A DNA stretch of 64,000 nt from an uncultured Planctomycetota bacterium (GCA_963823665.1 CAWGMQ010000005.1:992001-1056000), one strand, 5' to 3'; shown: positions 42,135 to 52,500, counted from the stretch's first letter. A program made the numbers and translations. Notes: a model not told the origin generated them from the sequence alone.

Positions 42135-42517
42135 GCCTGTTGCTCGACACTTGCGCGCTGCTGTGGTTCCTCTCCAACGACCGCAAATTGAGTGCGACGG
42201 CGCGTGCTGCAATCGAGCAGCCTTCCAACACCCGCTGGCTTTCGCCCGCCAGCCTTTTTGAAATCGCCATCAAGGTGCGGATCGGCAGACTATCGCTCGC
42301 GGCGCCGTTCGGCTCGCTGTTCCCTGCCAAGTTATCGGCGGCCGACATCCACTTGCTCCCGGTCGAACCGTCACACATCGAGCCATTGACGGTCCTGCCC
42401 CTTCACCACAAGGACCCATTCGACCGTCTGATTGCGGCAACGGCGCTGGTCGAAGGATTCACACTGGTCTCCGCGGACTCGGCATTTGACGCATACGGGG
42501 TGTCGCGGCTCTGGTGA
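42131..42517 (+). CDS. vapC: PIN-domain VapC toxin
   Basis: LLLDTCALLW, SLFEIAIK, HHKDPFDRLI, SAD. Confidence 0.92.
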   Translation: MSLLLDTCALLWFLSNDRKLSATARAAIEQPSNTRWLSPASLFEIAIKVRIGRLSLAAPFGSLFPAKLSAADIHLLPVEPSHIEPLTVLPLHHKDPFDRLIAATALVEGFTLVSADSAFDAYGVSRLW

Positions 42518-42558
42518 TCGCCGCGGGCCGATGCAAAAGCTCCGATCGTGGACATGTG

Positions 42559-42605
42559 ACGCGGAGCGTCAGGGAGGACATTCCCACGCAGAGCGTGGGA
42601 ACGAG
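42559..42605 (-). repeat. CGTTC-type REP-like element
   Basis: TTCCCACGC-AGA-GCGTGGGAACGAG hairpin preceded by the GACGC-GGA-GCGTC hairpin. Confidence 0.65.
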
Positions 42606-42617
42606 GAAGAGCGGCTT

Positions 42618-42960
42618 TCAATAGCCCATGCCCAGCTCCTGGGCGTCTGCCGTCAGTTCGTCGGCGACCCGAAGGCGTTCTTCGTCATCCATGCGGTCAC
42701 GACGCGCTTCCAGGCCACGCTCGACCGCCTGTTTCAGCTCGGCCTCGGTGATTTGAAAGGCATCGACCTTTGCTTGCCGAGCGCGAGTAGAAAGCGCGTC
42801 CGTAAAGGCCGGCGATTTCCGCGGCTCGCCCTTGTGAGACAATTCCTTGGGAATACCACTGGACTGCCGCCGCCAGGCGCAGATCACGGGCGAGTTCTTC
42901 ATCCGAGCTGCCGCTGGGCCCGACCAGGTCGTCGGGAACTTTGAGGGCGATTGCCTTCAT
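42618..42960 (-). pseudogene. UPF0175-family (antitoxin-like HTH) gene, frameshifted near 42800
   Basis: ELARDLRLAAAVQWYSQGIVSQGRAAEIAGL followed in another frame by KVDAFQITEAELKQ. Confidence 0.65.
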
Positions 42961-43117
42961 GGAGAATCCTCCGGTCATTGACAAATCATCTCCACTGTAC
43001 GCGTATGCGCGACAGGAGGACGAGGGTAAATCGGTTTCTGTCGATCTGCCTCGGTGGATCGACTCAGATCGCGTAGAATGGACCCTCGGAGGCTACATCG
43101 GGACGAAACGATTCACC

Positions 43118-43360
43118 ATGATTGACGAGATGACGCAAAACCAGCTCCGGGTTTCGACTGACGGGGTTGCCGGCCCCTACCTGATGTTACCCTTGGGCCA
43201 GCTCCGGCGCATCCGTGAGTTGCTCGACCGTCACGCGATCCGCTACTGGGTCGATTCCCAGGCAATCTCGCTAGACGGCAAGCCGGCAATTGTTGTGATC
43301 AATTTCGGCCGTGCCGGCGATGCAAGCCAGATACAGACCCTCCTCGACGAGACCGGCTGA
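43118..43360 (+). CDS. small hypothetical protein
   Basis: 80-aa globular-looking ORF (MIDEMTQNQLRVSTDG...). Confidence 0.55.
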   Translation: MIDEMTQNQLRVSTDGVAGPYLMLPLGQLRRIRELLDRHAIRYWVDSQAISLDGKPAIVVINFGRAGDASQIQTLLDETG

Positions 43361-43696
43361 AAGCCGGGCGCTTCATGCCCTTGCCCGGCGAGATCCGCGA
43401 CTTGGCTAACCGAATCCTGGTTCGCCTCGATGAAGCCCGTGATATTTGTTGAATTGCTTCGCGTTGGTGCGGGAAGTCGTCGAGGCGATGGCGGCGGCGG
43501 CGATTCGAAGAGCAAGTGGTCCATCATCCTCTGGAAATTGATCTGCCCGGGATCCGACCAGGCAGCCCGCCAGCCGCAGCAAAACTGTATGCCGGCAACT
43601 TTTCCAAAGGTGCTGCGCCAGGGTGCCTGGCCGCGGCGACTGTAACTTGGTTGTAGGTCAACGGCCGATGCAATAACGCTGTAACCAGTTTGTTGG

Positions 43697-44044
43697 TCAC
43701 GTGCTCCCGGCATGTATACGAAGGCCGGGATGGGGATGGGCCGCTCGGAGGGGGTGGAAACCTATGCTCCAGGCGTGGCCCAACTCGAAGAAGTAGCCGA
43801 GGCATCGCACGAATTGGTCGAGATCATCCTGTAGTTTGATGCTCTCTGCATGATGGCTGTTCATGACGCGGTACAGCGCGCCCTCGAAGACCAGGACCAG
43901 GGCGGCGTCTGCCAGGTATTCCTCCTTCCGTGCGCTCCATTCGTCGCGTGTGTAAAACCGCGTGTCTCTGTCCAGTTCATGGTCGACCAGCCAGTCGTGG
44001 AGGCAGCGTTTGAGCGTCTCGATGGTTTGCTTTACGCGACTCAT
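43697..44044 (-). CDS. hypothetical protein; a truncated paralog lies at 63686-63870
   Basis: MSRVKQT...WLVDHELDRDTRFYTRDEW...; ATG overlaps the TGA of an upstream acidic ORF remnant. Confidence 0.6.
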   Translation of the reverse strand: MSRVKQTIETLKRCLHDWLVDHELDRDTRFYTRDEWSARKEEYLADAALVLVFEGALYRVMNSHHAESIKLQDDLDQFVRCLGYFFELGHAWSIGFHPLRAAHPHPGLRIHAGST

Positions 44045-44174
44045 ATCGTGGTGGCGCCGGTGGACTGGAGTTCCTGGAGCCATGCTTCGAGGTCTTCGTC
44101 GGTTCCCAGGTCATCGAGGATATCGAATGGGCCGTCCCACTCTTCGACTTCGACGTAGAAGTTTGGCTCGTCGC
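43861..44174. repeat. left copy of a diverged direct repeat of at least ~315 bp
   Basis: Colinear similarity to 63686-64000, e.g. identical TCCCACTCTTCGACTTCGACGTAGAAGTTTGGCTCGTCGC. Confidence 0.92.
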
Positions 44175-44780
44175 CTGGGACTTCGTGGTAGAAGTGGCAA
44201 TGCTCGGCGTTGTGGGCGGGGTGGATTCAGACGAGTCAAAGGCCTGTCACGTTTCCGCGGCGGTCGACGATCGCTTTTGAGGGGATGCCGAACTCGATTG
44301 TCTTGCTGCTGGGTGTTTTCGGCGGGGCTCGAGGCGGCTTCTGGCAATCGACGGTTCGTATTCACGAGCAAAGCCGGTTGTCACTGGGATCGCGTGCGGA
44401 TGAGCCGAGTTTACCATTGGATTGGCATACCAACATGACATCATTATCGGACGTGGCGGAAGGGTGAACTAAGTCCTTTCCGACCTTAATGTACGTGAGA
44501 GGCCGGCATGCAGACACCGCGAAGCGCTAGAAACCAAGCTTGACGCCGCGAAGCGCCGCGGTCCGGAATAACTCGAAGTAGAGTCGAGGTGTGACGCGGT
44601 GGTTTTAGGCTCGGCCTATCTGTGTCCGGCCCTTTCGTTTGCCGGTGCCTCACTAGCCTCGCCATGCTCCGTTTTCACACCCCGCTCATCAAACCGGGCG
44701 TGCAGTTTTCCCGCACCCGGCTTTCGGACAAGGCTGTACCCCATATACTGCTTCACACGTTCGCACACGAACGATTGCCG

Positions 44781-45755
44781 CTACGTTCTTTGGAGCTGAT
44801 AGAGTCTCAGCTTCTGGTGCAGATGTTGGTCATGGAAGCGTTTCTTGCCATCACCCTGTACCTTGAACTTCACGCACAACCACTGACGCACCCGATAGCG
44901 GACGTGGCTGTTGACGTTCCGGTAGGCTTTGCTGACCGTCCCGATGCGAAAGTAGTTGGACCAACCCTTTAACTTGCTGTTGATCCTCCCCACTTGCGCT
45001 TCGACGTCCCGCCCAGCCATCTTTCGCGTCGTCAGCTCACCAATCTCGCGGCAAATCCGCTCGATCTTCTTCCGCGACGGGCGAGGTCCCAGGTAGGAGT
45101 CGCCCGTCCGGCAGTCGTAGTTCCGGCTAAGGGTGTAACCCAGAAAATCGAACGACTCATCCGGCAGGCGGCACAATCGCGTTTTCGTCTCGTTCACCGT
45201 CAGCTTCAGCCTGGACATCATTCCCCGCATCGCGGTCATGGCCTCTTCGGCCGTGCCTCGGCAGCAGATGACGAAGTCGTCGGCGTAGTTAACGATTTTC
45301 GCGGCAAGACGCTGTTCATGCCCTCCCGTCTTCCACCCCTTCACAAATCGTCGCATGTAGATGTTGGACAACAACGGGGAAATTGGAGAGCCCTGCGGCG
45401 TTCCCATCTCCTGATCCCTATTCCGGGTCGTCCGATGGCGATTCCCATAGTCGTCTGTCTCTTCCACCGGTGTTTCCAGCCACATCTTGATCAGCCGCAG
45501 CATGCGGCTGTCGCTGATCCGACGGGACACCGATTTCATTAACTCCGCATGGGGAATGCTATCAAAGTACCCCGATAGGTCCGCGTCTACCACCTCGGTA
45601 TGCCCCGCTCTGAGCAGCCGTTCCACTTGGCGAACGGCGTCCAAGGCACTTCGTTCCGGGCGGTAGGCGTGTTGCTCCGGCTCCAAGTCGGCCTCGAAAA
45701 TCGGCTCCAAGACCAACACCGCAGCCATCTGTGCCACGCGATCTTTTATGCATGG
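44781..45755 (-). pseudogene. ltrA: group II intron reverse transcriptase/maturase, C-terminal part
   Basis: IKDRVAQ, DADLSGYFDSIPH, GTPQGSPISPLLSNIY, NYADDF, maturase GWSNYF; no endonuclease domain. Confidence 0.93.
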
Positions 45756-46105
45756 GATGCCCACAGCGCACTACCCCTTCATCCAGACCGCCTTCCGGAT
45801 TTGTTACCATCACCCATCCGCATCATCCGCTTCGGGGCCAGCGTGTTGAGATCATCCGAATTCGCCGAGGGAACGATCCTGACCTCATTGTCGTGACCCC
45901 TGACGGGCGTCACACCGCCATCGCCCTGAGCAGCACAGACTACTCTTCACCCGCCGAGCGTCCTCCCGCCGTGACGGCTGAGCACCTGCTCGACCTCGAT
46001 GGTTTGCGTCGCGTCGTCCAACTGCTCGATCGTCTAGCCCAACCGGAACTCGCGCCGTCAACCACTGGCGATCGCATCCAGACGAAATCGTCCGGACCGC
46101 GGTAG
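45752..46105 (+). CDS. small accessory ORF (DUF5372/Y4bD-like); its 5' end appears to lie at the opposite end of the element
   Basis: FVTITHPHHPLRGQ...PDG...STD...LLDLDGL pattern typical of recombinase-associated ORFs. Confidence 0.7.
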   Translation: MGCPQRTTPSSRPPSGFVTITHPHHPLRGQRVEIIRIRRGNDPDLIVVTPDGRHTAIALSSTDYSSPAERPPAVTAEHLLDLDGLRRVVQLLDRLAQPELAPSTTGDRIQTKSSGPR

Positions 46106-46157
46106 CATCACCCCACCAGCCCCGCACGTCGGGTTTCTGGATTAAGGAGATGCTTCT

Positions 46158-46442
46158 ATGAGCGTACGGATTGCGCACAAAGGGACCTCCGTCCCGCCCA
46201 CTCAGGTCTGGTCCGGTCTCACCGCAGAACGCCAGGCCCTTGTCATTCAGTTCCTGGCGCGTCTCGCGTCCAACCTCGTTACTGAAGATTCAATTCCAAC
46301 CCCCCGGAGCTCTGCCGATGATTCAGTCTCTTGCCCCAAAGATTCGGTCGGATCATCTCGACCGTCTAGCGCAGATCTACGTCCGCCAATCCACCATGAT
46401 TCAGGTGCGCGAAAACACCGCCAGCGGCGCCCGGCAATATGA
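46158..46442 (+). CDS. second small accessory ORF overlapping the recombinase start
   Basis: TAAGGAG RBS; VWSGLTAERQALVIQFLARLA amphipathic helix. Confidence 0.55.
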   Translation: MSVRIAHKGTSVPPTQVWSGLTAERQALVIQFLARLASNLVTEDSIPTPRSSADDSVSCPKDSVGSSRPSSADLRPPIHHDSGARKHRQRRPAI

Positions 46443-48416
46443 CCTGGCCAATCGCGCGGCGAACTGGGATGGCCCCTGGAGCGAATCCAGGTTATCGATC
46501 AAGATCAGGGGCACTCGGGAACGTCGTCGGCCGATCGCGACGGTTTTCAGCACCTGGTCGCGCAAGTTGGCCTGGGCCGGACCGGGGCTGTCTTGAGCCT
46601 CGAAGCCTCCCGCCTGGCACGATCTTGCAGTGATTGGTATCGTCTCATCGAGATTTGTGCCCTAACTAACACATTGGTCATCGACGAGGACGGGGTTTAC
46701 GACCCCACTCAATACTCCGACCGGCTTCTCCTGGGATTCCTGGGAACCATGAGCGAGGCCGAACTCCACTTGCTCCGTTGCCGCCTTCTGGGCGGCAAAT
46801 TGAAGAAGGCATCCGATGGCCAACTTCGGTTCCGGCCGCCTACGGGGCTGGTCTACGATCTTGAGCGCCGGATCGTTTTCGATTCCGACGAACAGGTCCA
46901 GCTGGCAGTCCGGCTGGTCTTCGATCTGTTCGACCAGTCGCCTTCGGCTTTGGCCGTCGTCAAACACTTCGCTGATCATCACCTCCAGTGCCCCACGCGG
47001 CTCTGGGGTGGCAGCCGACACGGTGAAGTCATTTGGAGACCGCTGAGCAATGGCCGTGTCCTGGACATCCTGCATAACCCCGAGTACGCGGGCGCCTATG
47101 TCAATGGCCGCACAAAGACTCGCCTTGTGTGCCTGCCTGGTGAAGAGCCGAGGGTTAAGGGCCGAACACGTCGAGTCCGGCCCGAGGACTGGCCATTCCT
47201 CATCCCCGGGCACCATCCCGGGTACATCACCTGGGATCAGTTCCAGCGGAACCAACAGCGGCTTGACGACAACCGGACGTTACCCGATCAAGATCGCCGT
47301 GGAGCGCTGCGAGAAGGCCTCGCCTTGCTCCAGGGAATCGTTCGGTGTGGACGATGCGGACGGCGGATGTCCGTCCGTTACCTCAATAATGCTTCAGTAC
47401 CATCATACGAGTGTAACTCATACCACACTCATTTCGCGGGCAAAACCTGCCAGTCGATCCGCGGTGATGGGGTCGACGCAGCGGTTGCGCGTGCCCTCCT
47501 GGAAGCCATGCGGCCAGCGCAGCTCGAGGTTTCGATGGCGGCCTTCGATCAGGTTGCGGCACAGGCACGCCAGCTCGATCGTCAATGGCAATTGACCCTG
47601 GAACGCGCTCGCTACGAGGCCGAGCTGGCCCGGCGCCGGTTCGTCTCCGTGGAACCGGAGAACCGATTGGTGGCTCGGACGCTGGAACGGGAGTGGAACG
47701 AAAGGTTAGCCGAGATCGAACGTATGGAACGAGATCAAACGCTCCGCCCTCAATTAGCCAGTCGGCTGGTCGATCCAGAGGAGCGATGCCGGGTGCTGGC
47801 ATTAGCTCAAGATCTCTCGAAAGTCTGGCATGCCCCGACAACGCCTCAGACGGCCCGCAAACAATTACTGGGATATTTGATCAAGGATGTGACTCTCTCT
47901 CGAGGAGAGACGCTAGTCCAAGTAGCCATCCGGTGGCAGACTGAGGCTTGCACCGAGCTCGAGGTTCCTCGCCCCAAGCGATCTTACGAGATGCGTCGGA
48001 CTGACCCGGTGGTCGTTGATCGGATCAAGGCCCTAGCGATGGAACACACCGACCGCCAGATCGCCGCGCTGCTGGATCAGGAGGGTTTCCGATCAGGCAC
48101 TGGAAGTCGATTTACTCGACACATCGTTGCACAACTTCGATATAGTTATTCAATTATGAGCTTATGTCCCGAGGCACCGGCGGCGTGCGCCGAGGTTTAC
48201 CGGGCGGATGGACGACGTTCCGCGAAGACCGCCGCGGAATTGCTCAACGTGAATGTGTCCACAATTGCGGAATGGTGCCAGTCGGGCACTCTGGATGGGA
48301 TCCAGTCCGCCCCTTACGCTCCATGGTGGATCAAGCTCACGCCGGGGATCATCGCTGGCTTGCGTAAGCCAACCCGGCGCACTTGGTCTCGGCGATCGGT
48401 TTCGTCAGAGAAATAG
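46318..48416 (+). CDS. large serine recombinase (resolvase, recombinase, zinc ribbon, HTH), 1-bp frameshift near 46460
   Basis: IYVRQS catalytic Ser, EASRLARS, LLQGIVRCGRCGRRM zinc ribbon, VEPENRLVARTLEREWN coiled coil. Confidence 0.92.
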
Positions 48417-48494
48417 GGCCCAGTATTGGGCGAGACCTTCTTCGATCAATCCCCAATGCCGTTGGAAAGAGGTGCAGTATGAACGACAGATCGG

Positions 48495-48818
48495 GATTCC
48501 GAGCGGCCTTTGCTTGCCATCCCCTTTCGGGATGAACACTCGCCGGACCGGCCGGGGACGATACGTTCCGTTCCTGAGTTCTTCCGTCAGTTCGTCCAAC
48601 CACTGGTCTCGTCCGTACTCCTCGATGTCCGCAAAGCTCTGGCGGTCGACCCCCGGAGCACCGCGATTATTGCGGCACCGGAAGAAGGCCCACTCCAAGA
48701 TGTCTCTGCGATGCACCTTGTCGTACAACGCGTAGAACCGATAGTCAGGCGAGTTCTTCGCTTTGGTGTGCAACGCCGTCTGTAACTTCCCAACCGTAAT
48801 TGGAGGTAATAGGCTCAC
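48495..48818 (-). pseudogene. ltrA: group II intron RT, N-terminal part
   Basis: AGGAG RBS with GTG start; RFYALYDKV, GAPGVD, YRPRPVRRVFIPKGDGKQRPLGIP. Confidence 0.93.
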
Positions 48819-49360
48819 GCCAATCTCCTGGATGTCAGTCGCGTATGACGTTGACCTTGAACCAAGGCCCCTTCCCTCCACCGACGTTACTCGGCTTCGC
48901 AGGTACTACGGACCTCTCCGCCACCCGATGCGGCCCGGCCTGTCCCTCACGGGCGTCCGGTTGAGGGTCACGCCCCTCACCGCATGGGTTTCCCGTGTTG
49001 CGTTAAAATCTCCGTTTACCGACATGCCGTCGTCATTACCCCGGTGGCCCGCTGGGCCTTGATCGCTCGTGGGACGGCCTATTCCAACCGTTTCCCTGTA
49101 CCCAGCGGCTGCGGCCTTCCCCATCCTATTGCAAGGTCGGCGTCCACATTGGTCGTTTCGAGGCCTGCTCAACGTTCACTGGCTATTACGGCCTGTCGGC
49201 TCGCCGAGTCGCCTAGAGCGACCCGTCTGTCTCGAAGGCTCCGACGGTTTCGTTTCCTCCCCTCGTCGCTTCGATAGCTACCGGCTGGAGCGACCCAGAT
49301 GCCGGGTGGGATTTGCACCCACTGAAGACCAACACCTTCAACACGGCGCACAATAGGTCT

Positions 49361-49434
49361 GACCCCGGACATTATGTCGCGCAAATCCGGATCTGTGGGG
49401 GACCTGGGTGGGCGACCACCCAGGTCTACCCGGC
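49361..49434 (+). other. degenerate 3' end (domains V-VI) of a second, opposite-strand group II intron
   Basis: CCGGAC...TCCGGATCTGTGGGG, then hairpin GACCTGGGTGG-GCGA-CCACCCAGGTC and the end TACCCGGC. Confidence 0.6.
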
Positions 49435-49502
49435 CCGTGGACGAAGCCGCGGAGCGCGAAGCTTGACACCGCGAAGCGCCACGAATCCCACGGGATTTCC
49501 CT

Positions 49503-52500
49503 TTACGAATTGTTGGAAATGTATAGCGCAATGAAATCCTTGAGAATATCAGCCAGGTGACCAATATCTACTCCAAATTTCATGAGGGGGATTGTGACAG
49601 CGGTGAACGTTCCCTTCAGCTTCTGCGCGTCTCTGAACACAACTGCCACTTGCGCTTTCAGCGTGTCGATCTCCACAACTGCCACGCTGTTACTAAAGGT
49701 CATGCTTATGGTCCGATGGCCGGCAACCTCGGTTGCGCTCAGGAGAAGGTCTTGGGTAAGTCTTGCGAGATTCAGCCCGACGTCGGCGATAGTGACCAAG
49801 TCACTTGAGGTAGAGATCAGATTTAAACCCAGCTGAATCAAACGATTCCCCTTGTTGTAGAACTGAAATCCCTCGTCGTCACCCCGTGCGATCAAGTCGA
49901 GCCCGGTATAGCGCCATTTGAAGCCAGGAATGACCACATACTGGATCAACGTCTGAGCGATGGCGAGCGTGAGCAATTCTGGCCCAGCAGTTTGAGCGAC
50001 GCTGATGGTCGATTGGATCGTCAGCTCCACGGCGAGTTCGGCTAGGCTCGCCTGCCTCCCCGAGGGATCGACGAGATTGACGGGGTCGCCGTCCGCGTAG
50101 GCGTAGCTATTGGAGAAAATCCGGACTAGGCTGGCACCGTGGAGTGGGTCCACGCTCAAAAACCGCCCTGTTGCCGGGTCAAGGTAGCGAGCCCGTAAAT
50201 CGTCGAGGCCGGTCGTTTGGTCCTGGTACTCACCTTCGAACAAGTAACGTGTCACCGCGTTCCCCGAGTGCGCCAGGGTGTTACCGAACGCGTCATATAC
50301 ATAGCCGCCGATCACCTTCCCAGACGAATCGGTCAGCGCTCGTGTGCTGCCAAGTCCGTCGACTAAGAGGATCGTTCGCGCACCGCCCACTACCTGCGAA
50401 ATCGGTCCCGTGCCGATTCCGAAGACGGCCGAGGACGAGATCTGACCGCCGGGCGTGTACTCCTCGACGACCTGGGCGTAGGGAAGATTCGTATCGACGA
50501 GCTTGTTGGTCGTCTGGCCGTCGACTGTGGATTGAACGAGGTTACCATCGGCGTCGTAGCGATTGACCTCCTCTTGCGTCCCCGTGGAATTGGTGACCTT
50601 GGCGTCAATCAATTGGTTCTGAGAGTCCCATTCGTAGAGAACCTGATCGGTGGCGCTCGTGATCTGCGAGAGCGTGTTGCCGTTGTTGTCGTAGGTGTAC
50701 TTCGTGGTCTGGCTGCCGGTGGTCGAAGTTAGGAGGCGGTCGTTGGCGTCGTACGTGTAGTCCGTCGTGCCCTGGGTTGAGTCGACCATGGTCAGGCGGT
50801 TGCCGACGGGATCATAGGTATAGGATATGTCCTGGTTGCCGTTAACCGGGTCGGTGATGATCTCCTCGATTAAGCGGTCAAGGGCGTCGTAGTTGTACTG
50901 GTCGGTGCGGCCGTTGGCCTCGACGACGGAGTCGGTGCGGCCGTTGGCGGCTAGCGTGTACTTGTAACTGGCGATCACGCCGCTCGGGCCGTCGTCTTCG
51001 AGGTAGACCAAGCGGTTGAGCGAGTCGTACTGGCGGATCTCGGACGTATTGTTGGGGAACTGCGTCTTGACCAGGTTGCCGGCGGCATCATAGGTGTAGG
51101 TCGTCACTCCGCCCTGGGGGTCGGTCACGGTGGCCATCCGACCGAGGGCGTCGAAGGTGTAGGTCGTCGTGCCGGCCGGGATGGTGATGGAAGTGCGGTC
51201 GCCAGCGGCGTCGTAGGTGTACGTGATCGAGGTGCCGTCGGGGTCGGTCTTGGACAGGAGGCGGTCTAGGGCATCGTAGGTATAGGTTGTGGTTCCCCAG
51301 CCCGGCACCGTGTCGCTGGCTCGCTGGCCGGTCGCGGTGTAGGTGAAGGTCTCGGTGGTCCCGTCGGGCAGGTTCTCGGCGGTGAGCCGGCCGATCACGT
51401 CGTACTGGTAGGTGATCGTCGCCCCGTTGAAATCGGTCGTGCTCGCGACGTTGCCGTTGGCGTCGTACGTTGTCGTCGACTTCTGGCCCATTGGCAGGAT
51501 CGTGGCGATCTTCTGGCCCAGGCCGTCGTACTCATAGGTGGTCGTATGGCCGTTGGCGTCGGTCTGGGAGATCAGGTCGCCGGCCTCATCGTAGGCGTAC
51601 GAGGTCGTCTGGCCCAGGGCATCGACGACAGCCGTCAGATGGCCCAGTGCGTCGTACTGATCGTGCGTGGTCCGGCCAAGCTGGTCGGTCTCGGCAATCC
51701 CGCGGCCGACGGCGTCGTACGTGGTCGACGTGGTCGTGCCGTCGGCGTAGATCGTCTCGATGAGCTGCCCCGCGGCGTCGTAGACCGATTTTGTGGTGTG
51801 GCCCAACGGATCGGTGGTGGCGACGGCGTTCCCGGCGGCGTCGTACGCCGTGCTGGTCACATCGCCCAGGGCGTCGGTGACGGAGACCTGGCGTCCGTCG
51901 GCGTCATAGGCGAAGGTCGTCTTGTTGCCCAGCTCGTCGATCTGCGCGGTGACCTCGCCGTCGGCGTCGTAGACCGTGCTCGTGGACGTGCCGTCGGGGT
52001 TGATGGTCTTGACCAGTCGGCCCAGTGCATCGTACTGCATCGTTGTGACCCGACCCTCTTGATCGATCTGCGCGATCACGTTCCCGGCGGCGTCATATTC
52101 CGTCTTGGTCGAGGTTCCGTCAGGGTAGTCGGTCTCGATCAGCTCACCGCGCGCGTCATAGAGGTACTTCGTCACGTTTCCGAGCGCGTCAGTGTCGGAG
52201 ATCTTCAGGCCGTCGGCGTTAAACTGCGAGCTGGTGGTGTGCCCGTCGGCGTCGGTGACGGAAATCACGTTGCCATTGGCATCGTAGACCGTCTTTGTCA
52301 CCAGCGTCTGCACGCCGGAAGGAGTCGTGAGCAAGGAGGTCGAGGTGATCGGGTTGCCGCTGGAATCGTAGGTGGTCGTGGTGGTGTGGCCCAGGGCGTC
52401 GGTCGTGCTGATTACCTGGCCCTGGGAATCGTACTGAAACGCCGTGGTGTCGCCGATGGCGTCGGTGAGCGTGATCGGATTGCCCGAGATGTCGTAGGTC

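Larger units (their letters stand above)
45756..48494 (+). mobile_element. 2739-bp serine-recombinase element integrated in the intron RT gene
   Basis: Shared GGGAT at 45754-45758 and 48493-48497; removal restores RPLGIPCIKDRVAQ in frame. Confidence 0.9.
44578..49351 (-). mobile_element. bacterial group II intron (~2.0 kb without the nested insertion)
   Basis: 5' GTGCG at 49351; domain V AAAGCCGGGTGCGGGAAAACTGCACGCCCGGTTT near 44690-44723; long domain VI ending CTCGACTCTAC at 44578; internal RT gene. Confidence 0.9.

Noticed and set aside
44040..44436. ORF with three in-frame TGA codons suggesting recoding
   Set aside because: Other genes in the window use TGA as stop and the upstream part does not look protein-like; best read as a gene remnant
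44781..48818. RT as a retron, DGR or defence-associated RT
   Set aside because: GTGCG 5' end, domain V/VI 3' end and a maturase domain identify a group II intron; no TR/VR pair or msr-msd structure was seen
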